Shown here: positions 29,664 through 40,000 of the stretch, piece after piece | Layout of the letters: every line of letters starts with the position of its first letter | How positions within the stretch are numbered: the stretch's first letter is position 1 | IMG/VR virus record: IMGVR_UViG_3300026097_000022 | Span: 1-63,103 of that record | DNA length: 63,103 nt | From: a virus | Lineage: Duplodnaviria; Caudoviricetes | Reading direction: 5' to 3' (one strand) | Position numbers and translations under genes: made by a program | Notes under the pieces: model-generated | Database searches by the model: none | What the model saw: the letters and a program-made list of their open reading frames with translations, nothing else | Told to the model about the DNA's origin: nothing

Positions 29664-30048
29664 CCTTGTCTAATTTTTCTTTAAACACTCTGATGGTATT
29701 CCAGAAGGCAAACAGACCAATAATTACCCAGCCTATATTAGCGCCTCCTATGATATTCATTTGAATAAGGTTGATGATTGTCATCACAGCTATAAGAGAA
29801 GCAACCTGTACAGCTAACAGTCTCATCTTTAATGTACCGTTCCATAGAACTGCCCACATCTGAAAGACACCTGCAAGGATTGCACCAAGGCAAAGGATTC
29901 TGTTTGGAGTGTGGAACTCTACGATCATAGTTGCTGGTAAAGCAATCATATGACAGAATGCAATTAGAACCTCATTGGGTTCACTATCACTGTACCAGAA
30001 CAGCTCTTTAAATCTTGATAAACCTTTCTTGTATGAATGCATCACCAT
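29656..30048 (-). CDS. multi-pass membrane protein (paralog A)
   Basis: About 4 TM segments; FWYSDSEPNE. Confidence 0.65.
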   Translation of the reverse strand: MVMHSYKKGLSRFKELFWYSDSEPNEVLIAFCHMIALPATMIVEFHTPNRILCLGAILAGVFQMWAVLWNGTLKMRLLAVQVASLIAVMTIINLIQMNIIGGANIGWVIIGLFAFWNTIRVFKEKLDKGV

Positions 30049-30341
30049 TTAACTTTTGAGGACCACCAAGCAGCAGACATTTTACCTTTAGCTATATTCT
30101 TTCTATGTCTAGCCTTGAATGAAGCACGTTTCTTTTTCATACGATCTGACTCACCAGCTTTAGGTTTACCAGCTGTACTAGCGCCTTGTTCTCCAAAACG
30201 AATAGTCTTCACTTTATCTCCAACCTTAGCCACTACAATGTGCGACTTCTTAGGGTGATTAGGGGTGCGTTTAGGCTGATTGTATTTTGTTAATCCAGCT
30301 CTAGATAACCTACTATCAGTTTTTCTTTTTTTCAATCTCAT
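30042..30341 (-). CDS. small basic conserved phage protein
   Basis: KTIRFGEQG...RASFKARH...SAAWWS..VKW. Confidence 0.65.
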   Translation of the reverse strand: MRLKKRKTDSRLSRAGLTKYNQPKRTPNHPKKSHIVVAKVGDKVKTIRFGEQGASTAGKPKAGESDRMKKKRASFKARHRKNIAKGKMSAAWWSSKVKW

Positions 30342-30903
30342 AACCGTTTTTTCTCATTCTAGAAGCTAAACCTTTAATGTACGTAAGCTTTACGCCAGTT
30401 TTTTCTGCTATATATTTTCTATCCTTACCTTCTATAAGCATTAACTCTACTTCCTCTCTCTTTGGGTTAGACAGAGTTTTAGAAATTTTTATTTTTAAAT
30501 CTTCACTTCTTTTTTTGCCTTTCCAATAGAGTGTGGGCTTTTCTAATTTAGACTTGCTTAACTTTCTTTTGTGTTCTTCAGAAAGTTTCCTACCTCTCAT
30601 TTTACATAAATCTTCTTCTCTATGTTTATAGCCTTCTGCACCTTCACCGCCATATGTGTAGTTACAAAGGTTTTTATAACCAAAAAAAGAAATTAAGCTT
30701 TTTTCTATACCACAAGCTGTCTTATTGTCAATATTTGATTCTACTATTTCAACATAGTATCCGTACTTATTTACGATACTGTGCCAATGCTTATTTCTAT
30801 TAGATTTACTATTCTCTCTCCACCTTCTGCCTTTACCTACATAAAAGACCTCGTTATTGTCTTTTCTTCTGTGTAAATAAACTTTATAGTCGGTGTGCTT
30901 CAT
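30316..30903 (-). CDS. GIY-YIG/NUMOD3 homing endonuclease
   Basis: VYLH...FYVGKG..R; N.T.GGEG; LSEEHKRKLS-type repeats; AT-rich; start set at MKHTDY. Confidence 0.8.
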   Translation of the reverse strand: MKHTDYKVYLHRRKDNNEVFYVGKGRRWRENSKSNRNKHWHSIVNKYGYYVEIVESNIDNKTACGIEKSLISFFGYKNLCNYTYGGEGAEGYKHREEDLCKMRGRKLSEEHKRKLSKSKLEKPTLYWKGKKRSEDLKIKISKTLSNPKREEVELMLIEGKDRKYIAEKTGVKLTYIKGLASRMRKNGYEIEKKKN

Positions 30904-30907
30904 TTCA

Positions 30908-30915
30908 CAAAGGTA
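30908..30915 (-). promoter_or_regulatory. -7 promoter box TACCTTTG
   Basis: TAnnTTTG, 4 nt before ATG 30903. Confidence 0.55.
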
Positions 30916-30948
30916 TAAAAAAAAGGGGCTACGTTTCCGTAACCCCTT
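30916..30948 (-). terminator. intrinsic terminator
   Basis: AAGGGGTTACG-GAAA-CGTAGCCCCTT followed by a T tract. Confidence 0.7.
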
Positions 30949-30976
30949 GAGTGTAAGCAAGTTCCTTGTCGGGTTA

Positions 30977-31231
30977 TTACTTTACCTCTTCAGCTTCTTC
31001 TACTACCTCTTCGTATTCACCTGTAGTAAGGTCAACAGTGATTGATCCGTAGTTAGCTTCTAGTACCTTTTGCTCTTCAGCCATAGCCTCTTCCATAGAT
31101 ACTACTTGTAGCTGTGCTTTGTAAGCAGCGTTGGTAGCATCACCAAGAATAGTCTTAGCTTGATTGAGGTTAGACACAGCAGTCTGGATAGACTTGAGTT
31201 CTTCTTCTTTGAGTTTTAGCTTGTCAGCCAT
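30977..31231 (-). CDS. small coiled-coil protein (possible fibre chaperone)
   Basis: L.EEEL..IQ...YG...VDL.TGEY. Confidence 0.6.
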   Translation of the reverse strand: MADKLKLKEEELKSIQTAVSNLNQAKTILGDATNAAYKAQLQVVSMEEAMAEEQKVLEANYGSITVDLTTGEYEEVVEEAEEVK

Positions 31232-31281
31232 AATGTTTAAATATTTAAGTTAATTAACGTGGTACAAATATAATGCAAAAT

Positions 31282-31728
31282 CTATAATGATGACACGATG
31301 GCAATACCTAACCATAATATTGACACACCGTAGTTTAGTACAGCTGTCTGGATGTCATCAAGCGGATACTTTACCGGGTATCCTAGTTTCTTCCCCTCGT
31401 ATTGGAATAGCCCTGGACCGTTGTGACAGCTAAACCATTCCTTCTTACCGAAGATAAGTCTACGTGGCTTGTCAATGAGATCAGGCATACATCCCATAAT
31501 ATATCCAAAGGACGCTAACCAGAAGTTACCAAAAAGGTATGCCCCTACAAGAAACATAGCGAAAGCTGTTGCCTCTATGATGGTAGCGTGAAACTTATCC
31601 TTAAGTCCAGACTCACCGACATAGTCCCATACAAAGTGAGATACAAAAGCAACAGAGCCACCAAGGATATAATCCCCAGTGGCTAGTGTTATTGCTGCGC
31701 CAGTCGTACCGTGAACACTAAACCACAT
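31282..31728 (-). CDS. membrane protein
   Basis: Several hydrophobic segments; H..., SHF..D, PD..D residues suggest a metal-binding membrane hydrolase. Confidence 0.55.
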   Translation of the reverse strand: MWFSVHGTTGAAITLATGDYILGGSVAFVSHFVWDYVGESGLKDKFHATIIEATAFAMFLVGAYLFGNFWLASFGYIMGCMPDLIDKPRRLIFGKKEWFSCHNGPGLFQYEGKKLGYPVKYPLDDIQTAVLNYGVSILWLGIAIVSSL

Positions 31729-32102
31729 TATTCAGCAGGAGTTTCTTCAACAACCTCAGGAGTCGGTTCTGCAATGGTCAACGTTACAGAAGATGGTGAT
31801 GCAAGTTCTGCGAGTTGAGCATCAAGGTTAGACTCAAATTCAGCAACACGGTCTGCACCAAGTGCTGCTTTAGTCCAAGCAATCATATCTTCGTGAGTTA
31901 CGCTGTCAAATGCAGTAAACCCTGATAGGTCAGCAGTCTCTAAAGTTTGTGTACCGATAACGGTAGCTGAGTTTGTTTCGTCTGATCCAGTAACACGCCA
32001 GTGTACGTTGTAAACTACTTGAGATTCGGTTACACCGTTCTCGTCTGTGTGAGTTGGATACGCATCTACTGTGCGACAGTTCCAAGTGTAGGTATTAGCC
32101 AT
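31728..32102 (-). CDS. tail-fibre-associated small protein (paralog 1)
   Basis: YTW...VVYNVHW...F.AFD.VT....IAW. Confidence 0.6.
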   Translation of the reverse strand: MANTYTWNCRTVDAYPTHTDENGVTESQVVYNVHWRVTGSDETNSATVIGTQTLETADLSGFTAFDSVTHEDMIAWTKAALGADRVAEFESNLDAQLAELASPSSVTLTIAEPTPEVVEETPAE

Positions 32103-32141
32103 TCTAAAATGTTTTTGTTATAACGTTACAAAGATAATGAA

Positions 32142-32468
32142 TTACAGCGTTCTGGTTTCAGATACCTGCGGAAGCTGTCTCTTTTGAATAGAGTCTGTTA
32201 AGGCGTTTCTCATTCTAACGAGATCTTCTTCAGGTATACCTGACTCAACCCAAGAGGCTACTGTAGCTTCGTCTAACGAGCCGTAAGGGACGAACTGAGA
32301 CAGATTATCTAGTGACAGCTTAAACTCGTCTATATGCTCTTGTGAGTCCTCTCCTTCTTGAGCTGTGTAGCTCCAGTGTATGGTGTGAAGCACATCTATG
32401 TACTCCACATCATCCTTTGTAAATGTCGGGTAGACTTCTACCTCTCTGATATTCCAAGTGAATGTCAT
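32142..32468 (-). CDS. tail-fibre-associated small protein (paralog 2)
   Basis: FTW...VLHTIHW...FVPY..L....VASW, same pattern as 31728-32102. Confidence 0.6.
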   Translation of the reverse strand: MTFTWNIREVEVYPTFTKDDVEYIDVLHTIHWSYTAQEGEDSQEHIDEFKLSLDNLSQFVPYGSLDEATVASWVESGIPEEDLVRMRNALTDSIQKRQLPQVSETRTL

Positions 32469-32470
32469 TG

Positions 32471-35400
32471 TTATATTTCTTTGATTAGTCTAAATGAAAT
32501 GTGTCCTGCGTTTGCTCCTGTCTCTGAGTCTAACGTGTAGTTTAATGATCCAGAGCGTATTGCACTCTTTAAGAATACTGTTGCTCCAGAATCAATAGTT
32601 GCGTAGAACGTAGCTTGAATAGTAGCGTACTCACCGTAAGTAGTGTAACGTAGGTATTCAAAAGATCTTGAACCTAAGAACGTGTTATTACCACTGTCTG
32701 TTACTTGCGCTCCAACGACACATCTGTCCGCATAGTTATTCTTAGCTACAAACTGATATCTGATCTCGTAGTAACCTGTTTCGTTGATAGTAAATGTAGT
32801 GTTGTTTGTACGAGTTACAGGTGTTGTTCCGGAGTGTGAAGCTGTAGACGAAGAGGTGATGTTTTGACCACCGCCAGTATACGTTGAAGCTGTGAGCTTC
32901 CATCCCTTTGGAGAGTAGATACCGCTTTGCGTTAAAGCTGTTGTTGAGGTTGTTGTTAAGTCTCCGTTAGAGTCTGCTTGTAGAAGACCGCTTGTCAGAG
33001 ATTCAAAACGAACAGTGCCGTTAACGTGCAGTTTAGCTTGAGGGTTAGTCGTACCAATACCTATGTTTCCCGAAGAGTTTATTCGTAATGCTTCAGAAGA
33101 TGGGAAGTCTGAAACTATTCCTGAATCACTAACCCCAAAGGTTGCTTTTACTGGTATTGATCCATAAGAAACACCCCCATAAAGTACATCTGTTCCTCCA
33201 AATGTTAGTGTGAAGCTGCTGTCATCTGCTATAAGACCACCTCCTCTAAAGCTACCATTTACATCTAACTTATAAGAAGGACTCGTAGTCCCGATACCAA
33301 CGTTGCCTGCCGAGGTGATGCGCATCTTTTCAGAAGTGTGAATACTTCTAAATATTAGAGCGTGATCATCAGGGTCTAAAGCAATGTCAGCATACTTGTA
33401 AACCGTACTACTGTTTTGCGCCATAAACCTAAGAGAAGACTGTTCTCCAGCACTACTGTTTTGTAGTCTAAGTAAAATACCAGTGGTAGCATCTGATATA
33501 TGAAGTCTAGTATTAGGAGATGTTGTTCCAATGCCAACGTTATCTCCAGATATTATCATTTTGGTATTAGAGCCTGTCTGAAACTGCATAGTATTGCTGG
33601 AATTTTGATATAAGATGCGACCATCTCTATCGTTTCCAGCAGCAGAAAAATCAATGTAGCCTCCAGTTGTTCCAACTAATTGAATCACTCCATATGAACC
33701 ATCTGATGTTTGACCAATATGTACTCCGTCTGTTGTCGGTGAACCCGGAACTGTGCCTACCACTTGTAAAGCTGATTCTGGACTAGTAGTCCCGATACCA
33801 ACGTTGCCTGATGTATTGATAAATACAGCATTGGCAATACCGTTCGGATGCAGTGCTATAGCACCATTACTGTTGTATATATTTAATGATGACGCTCCGC
33901 CAAAACCACTATATGATCCTCCAGCTTTGAATATTTGTGCATTTCCAGAGTTCGTAGTAAGTATGTGGTTGGCATAATTTGAATTACTTGAATCCCCAAC
34001 TTTTAATGCAATAGAAGATGTGTTGTTTTCAAATTTAGCAATGTCAACAGTAGATGATGAAAAAACATTGAGTGGTGCTGATGGGTCTGTTTTCCCTATA
34101 CCAACTTTACCACTTCTCATTGTAAGTGTTTGCGTAGCAGTTCCAGCTGACATTGTTTGGAAGGTCAATGAACCATCTTCAGTCCCATCAGTTACATCCT
34201 CTGCTTTTGCCGTTAAGATTACATATCGTGTATCTTGACTTGCGTCATTATACCCTCTAAAATCTAAAAGACCAATCTCCTCTTCATCAACAGGAACAGC
34301 GTTATGTTGGAAGTAAAGCAATGGTCTATCGCTTGAAGCTGCTCCAAAAACCATCTTAGCATTGCCGTCAGATACATCTAACCTGTCGGCTGGTGCTGTA
34401 GTCCCAATACCAACGTTGCCAGCCTCTGTATCTATTAGCATTCTTACTAAACCATCAGCTCTTCTGAAAGCAATTTCACTTCCTGTCCCAGTAGAGTCAG
34501 CAGCTTGTAAATACGTTCCCAAAGCGGTAGAAGACCATAGTGTATTTGTATCGTCAGCTCCAGTAAACCAGCTTCTAGCTCTTACTTTACCGTTAACATC
34601 AAGCCTCTGAGTTGGATTAGTAACCGCAATACCGACATTGCCTGTGTTGGTAATACGCATACGTTCGGAGTTACCACTTACTCTAAACTCTAAATGGTCA
34701 TCTGCGTGTGCGTATACTATCCCTCCAGTATAGGGAGAAGACGCATCACCAAAATAAACACTAGAATAAGTAGTGCCTAGTACGCCTATAGAAGATTCAT
34801 TAGACTCTTCAACTAATAGTGTGCCGTATACAGATGAGGGGCTTATACTTGAATGCTGTACGTGTAACTTAGCCCCTGGACTAGTAGTCCCAATACCAAC
34901 ATTTGTGCCATCGTGATAAATTACTGAGGAAGTACCATTAGTAATATTTAACGTTGACACATCTATTTTTAAAGGCTTAAAAGTACTAGTATCGTAGTCG
35001 TAAGCAAATAGATTATTATTTGAATCTGTTGCATCAGCATAAACACCAATCCCCTTGTTCCCACTCTGAGCTATGAATCCCCCTGTATGTATAGATACTC
35101 TATGCCAAGAAGAAGCATTACCAATGCCAACTAATAAATCATCTGATACGTATCCAGTACCTAAAACGTGCAACTTCTGTGAAGGATCAGTAGTCCCAAT
35201 ACCAACGTTACCTGATGAATCTATTCTCACAACCTCCGTTGTAGAATCAGCATCTGCAATAAACCTTAAATCAGAATCATAAGCAATGAAGGTAGTATCT
35301 GGAGCAGTACCTGCTGCCGAACGAACAGCACCTAGTTTGAGCTTAATGTCATTATCGTTCTCTATTGTAAATATAGGTGATAAAGTGTCTGATCCAGACT

Positions 35401-36994
35401 CTACGTGTAATAGAGTGTCTGGACTAATAGTCCCGATACCAACACTGTCGTTGTGAACGGTCATTACAATACCGTTATTGCTATTTCCAAATCTAATATC
35501 AGCATCATTAGTACCGCCTCCCCTAGAAGATGTTCTTATAAATACTGTTTCAGCGTTATCCTTGTTTTCTTGAAGTGTTATCTCTCTATGAACTTTTATT
35601 TGACCATCTTTTTCAATAGAGAACTCACCTGCACTAAATGAAGATGTAGTACCAAAAGATTTACCATCAATATCCAATTCTGTCTCAACAGCATCGCCAG
35701 TTGGAAGTGTAGTAACATCTGTAAAGTCTACAGTTACAGCTGAAGTACTTACCGCACTTGCTTCAATATATACAGTTACACCATCATCTGTATATGTCTT
35801 TACATCTACAAATGCAGTTCCATTAGCAGAGTTTCTAACTACACGGATAGCCTTTATTGAAGAGCTGTATCCATTGTGATGTACAGTGATTAAAGACCCT
35901 GAGTTTCCGTAATTAGTACTTACTGAACCACGACAGCTAAATGGACTTCTTGTTCCACCACCAGAGTAGAATGCAAACTCACAAGCACCACGCCCAGCAG
36001 ATCCATTCATATCAATAACACGATACCAATTATCTTCTGTTACGTTAGCAGTATCTGTGTCTTTGTAGGACTGTGGGAAAATCAAAGTTTGATCTGTAGT
36101 ATTACCTCTATCTGTTACAGACTGAAGGGTGTCAGTTTCAGTATAAGAGGTTAAAAATGTGCTATTATCTACAGTTACATTACCGCTAGAATCTGACTTA
36201 AGATATCCTGCTCCGTATTGACTTAACTGCAAACTACCATCACCGCTAAGAATCAATAAGGTGTCAGAACCACCGCTTTGGTAAGACTGAATAGTCCATA
36301 CCTTATTTGGTACTTTTAAGTCTGACGCTGCTGTACCTGCACCATCCCACTGGTAGAAAGTCCAGTTTAGAAGAGGGTCATCGTTAGAGCTATCAAACTG
36401 CACGTATCTGTTTATAGCAACAGGCGCTGAGGCGTTTTCTCCTGCGAAAGTATATATACTTCCACTCTTAGGTCTTGATGAAATAGTGTAAGTAGATCTA
36501 CTATTTATATCCCAACTTGTATGAGCATTATAAGCTGTGCGTGCGTCAGCTGTAAAAGCTGTGTCGTGAGGGTTGTAAAAATCTACTACCTGAGAATCAA
36601 CCCCTGACCCACCATCATCTGCTGGTGCGAAGAAACTACGTCCTCCATATACGTGAAGTAATCCTGCTGGATCAGTAGTACCGATACCTACGTTGCCAGC
36701 AGCTGTAATTCGCATTTTTTCTCCACCAGTGGTATCAAATAAAATGTTCTTACCAGCGTCTTCAACATACAGCTTTAAGTCGCCATCTGTTTTGATTGTA
36801 GCAGTACCTGTTCCTACGTTTCTAAATAGTATTTCTTTTGAACCGTTTGCTGCGCTGTCTAAACGAAGAGTATTTCCAGTTCCAAATACTTCTAACTTAG
36901 CCCCTGGATCATTAGTTCCAATACCTACACTGCTGGTTCCGCTATCAATAACGATAGTTCCGTCTCCTAATTTTCTTTGATATGAGATTGCCAT
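32471..36994 (-). CDS. long tail fibre protein, 1507 aa
   Basis: Many (R/K)MRI...GNVGIGTT.P..KL.V repeats; beta-rich C-terminal domain. Confidence 0.8.
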   Translation of the reverse strand: MAISYQRKLGDGTIVIDSGTSSVGIGTNDPGAKLEVFGTGNTLRLDSAANGSKEILFRNVGTGTATIKTDGDLKLYVEDAGKNILFDTTGGEKMRITAAGNVGIGTTDPAGLLHVYGGRSFFAPADDGGSGVDSQVVDFYNPHDTAFTADARTAYNAHTSWDINSRSTYTISSRPKSGSIYTFAGENASAPVAINRYVQFDSSNDDPLLNWTFYQWDGAGTAASDLKVPNKVWTIQSYQSGGSDTLLILSGDGSLQLSQYGAGYLKSDSSGNVTVDNSTFLTSYTETDTLQSVTDRGNTTDQTLIFPQSYKDTDTANVTEDNWYRVIDMNGSAGRGACEFAFYSGGGTRSPFSCRGSVSTNYGNSGSLITVHHNGYSSSIKAIRVVRNSANGTAFVDVKTYTDDGVTVYIEASAVSTSAVTVDFTDVTTLPTGDAVETELDIDGKSFGTTSSFSAGEFSIEKDGQIKVHREITLQENKDNAETVFIRTSSRGGGTNDADIRFGNSNNGIVMTVHNDSVGIGTISPDTLLHVESGSDTLSPIFTIENDNDIKLKLGAVRSAAGTAPDTTFIAYDSDLRFIADADSTTEVVRIDSSGNVGIGTTDPSQKLHVLGTGYVSDDLLVGIGNASSWHRVSIHTGGFIAQSGNKGIGVYADATDSNNNLFAYDYDTSTFKPLKIDVSTLNITNGTSSVIYHDGTNVGIGTTSPGAKLHVQHSSISPSSVYGTLLVEESNESSIGVLGTTYSSVYFGDASSPYTGGIVYAHADDHLEFRVSGNSERMRITNTGNVGIAVTNPTQRLDVNGKVRARSWFTGADDTNTLWSSTALGTYLQAADSTGTGSEIAFRRADGLVRMLIDTEAGNVGIGTTAPADRLDVSDGNAKMVFGAASSDRPLLYFQHNAVPVDEEEIGLLDFRGYNDASQDTRYVILTAKAEDVTDGTEDGSLTFQTMSAGTATQTLTMRSGKVGIGKTDPSAPLNVFSSSTVDIAKFENNTSSIALKVGDSSNSNYANHILTTNSGNAQIFKAGGSYSGFGGASSLNIYNSNGAIALHPNGIANAVFINTSGNVGIGTTSPESALQVVGTVPGSPTTDGVHIGQTSDGSYGVIQLVGTTGGYIDFSAAGNDRDGRILYQNSSNTMQFQTGSNTKMIISGDNVGIGTTSPNTRLHISDATTGILLRLQNSSAGEQSSLRFMAQNSSTVYKYADIALDPDDHALIFRSIHTSEKMRITSAGNVGIGTTSPSYKLDVNGSFRGGGLIADDSSFTLTFGGTDVLYGGVSYGSIPVKATFGVSDSGIVSDFPSSEALRINSSGNIGIGTTNPQAKLHVNGTVRFESLTSGLLQADSNGDLTTTSTTALTQSGIYSPKGWKLTASTYTGGGQNITSSSTASHSGTTPVTRTNNTTFTINETGYYEIRYQFVAKNNYADRCVVGAQVTDSGNNTFLGSRSFEYLRYTTYGEYATIQATFYATIDSGATVFLKSAIRSGSLNYTLDSETGANAGHISFRLIKEI

Positions 36995-37007
36995 ATATCT
37001 GTTTATG

Positions 37008-40000
37008 TTATGCTAATACAAATTGTGGAGTACTTGAACCTGTGTCTCCATAAGTAGTTAAATGTAGTTTCCAAGTACCTGTTGTGTCCCCTGCGTAATA
37101 AGGTATATATACAGAGTATCTAACAATAGCGTAAGACCAGTTAGCTGTACCTGTTTGCTCTGTGTCTGTCACGCCATCTGAAAGAAAGTAAGTAGTGTCC
37201 GCTGAGAAGTTCATTCCACCGTTTAGGCTTGATATTAAATGAACGTCTCCTTCTGCTCTGTGTGTGAAATCCTCATCACTTTCCCAGTAGATGTAAGAAG
37301 AATCTTTCAATGTTCCAAAGTTTCTGTAAAGACCGTTTCTACTATTAACAGCTGTCAACTCATATTGATATCCTCCAGAGTTAGGGAACACTAAGTTGAA
37401 GTTGTAAGTACCTGCGGCTGTAAAAGAAAAGTTTAGATTAGCTGTATACATACGCTTATGTGTGTCTTCGTATACCTTAACAAAAGTTCCGTTGTTTGAT
37501 GCTGGATCATTTGAAAGAGAAATAGAACCTACACTAATATCGTTTGTTGTAGTTGCACCTAAAGTAGTTACATCGTCTAATGTCTGTGCTTCTGTGTAAG
37601 AAGCTGTATCTACAGATACTAAACCATTAGCATCAGTCTTCAAGAAACCAGCTCCGTACTGATGTAGCTGTAAGTTCCCATTCTGATAGAACTCAAAGTT
37701 TGGCTCGTTGATATCAGCTAAGTGGAATACAAGTGAGTCATCACCATTACTATCCAAAGCAATGTGGTAATACCCACCACCAGTCTCAAGCTTGATACCT
37801 ACATCTCTGTCGTTCGTGTTTTTAATGAGAAGGTCATCACTATTACCGCTAGCATCAGAGTTTTCAATGATAACAGATTCATTAGAGGTCTTGACAATGT
37901 GTAACGGTCCATCAGGTGAAGTTGTACCTAAACCTAAATCGTGGGTAATCCAAGAGTCATTGTCAGGAGTCAGTTTAATGGCTTGTGTTGAACCATCTCT
38001 AATGTCTAGGTAGTTGTTGCCATCATTATCATCCCAAAGCTCTACACGTTGTCTAATACGCAATACAGAGTCTGCATAGATAGCTGGTGTATCTGAAGAA
38101 CCTGTACCTTGGTTTATATTGGTGTCCTCGTCAATATAGATATCGCTTGTACCTGTATTGATGGTAAGCTTGTGAGAAGGTGCATCTGTACCTATACCTA
38201 CGTTGCCATCAGATGTAATACGAACCGCTTCATCTAATGTTTCGTCATTTTGAGAAGTAAAGAACGCAAGGTGTGTAGTGGAATCAGAATCTCCACTAGA
38301 ACCCCTTATAGCTGCAATACTTGCACCGACTAAACTATTTCCAGGAGTAGCAGTATCGTTTCCTGCAATTCTAAATTTAATACCTACGCCTTCACCACCA
38401 AGCTGATTAATAGAGTTAGCATCATCACGTAAAGACAATACCAATGGATAATCAATGGTTTCTGCGGCAGAGAGATTTTGAGATACCTCAAGTATACCTG
38501 TTGGTGATTCAGTACCGATACCAATACTACCTGATGACTCATAGATTACAGAATCGGTAAGTGTATCGGAATCACTCCACTTAGGGATGTAACTAGCACT
38601 ACCTGTTCCATCTACAACGGAAGTAATAGTGTCTAGGGTGATATTACCACTAGCATCGGTTTTAAGATAACCTGCTCCGTAGCCGTGTAATCTTAAATCT
38701 CCGTTATTATCTATAGTAACTTGATCCGAACCGTCAATTAGTAATCTAATATTACTATCAGCACCTTCGTTGTTTGTATCGGCAGCTATTATTAATCCAT
38801 TAGCTGTATTTGATATGTAAGATGCAGTTGCATTGTCTTTTATTTGAATCCAAGCTGTAGCATCAGTGCTTTCAAATATTGCTACGTGATTTGTATTTCC
38901 TGCGTTAACGTGAAGTTTTCTACCAGGATCAGTAGTACCTATACCAACGTCACCAGTAGGGGATACAGTCATTGCAACACTTGTACCGCCACTAGCTATC
39001 TTAACAGATCCATCGGTGTGTCCATACACCTGACCCTTAATTTCGTCAGAAGCATTTACAAAGTTTACACCTCCAATATTACCGCTTGTTCTGTCAGACT
39101 TGATATCAAAATCCGTAAAGGAGTTACCTTCATTGATTCTAAGATTACCAGCTACATCAAGTTTATAAGTAGGACTGCTTGTTCCAATACCCACATTAGC
39201 ATTAGTAAAGTAAGCATCTACAATACCATCACCACCCTTGATACGGAAGTGTTCATTCTCAGCACCACCTGCCGCAGTACCTGTCTTGATAACTACAGCA
39301 CCGCTTGGAGTTCTGTTTGTCAGATATGGGAATGAAGCGTCATTGGTATTATCAAAGCGTAACCAATATCTCTCTGTTGCTACTGTACTCTCAACAGGTG
39401 TGTACGAAGACCCATCGCTAGAGCTTCCAAACTGCAAAGATACCCCAGCTGAATTTACATTTACTTTGCCGTTAAAGTGAGTTTCCTCTGATGTAGTTGC
39501 ACCCCTGCCTGTAACACTAGCTAATGTATCTACCTCTTCCTGAAGGAATGTGCTGTTGTCTACTGTTAGGTTACCACTAGCGTCTGACTTAACATAACCT
39601 GCACCATATGCATTTAACTGAACAGTTTGGTCATTTTTAACCGTCAATGCAGCAACGCTATTTGTAGCTAACGTGATTTCTCCATTACCAGAAGAAGCAT
39701 TAATCTTATGACCTGCGTGGTCGCTTACAGTGTTATATGAAGATAGTCTAAGCTGTCTTGTTGATCCTGAGCCGAAGTATGCGTACTCACCAATAGTAGA
39801 CTTGTTTACATCAAGCAGTGCATTGGGTAATGTAGTTCCAATACCAACGTTACCATCATCTTGTATCCTAAGTTTTTCATCATTGTCTATATTAAATACC
39901 ATTACGGTATTATTATGACTGTTAGAAGGATCGGCAGATAAAACTAAATTTTGATTTTTCTTTAATTGATCGGGGTTAGACGTATCAATATACCATTCTC

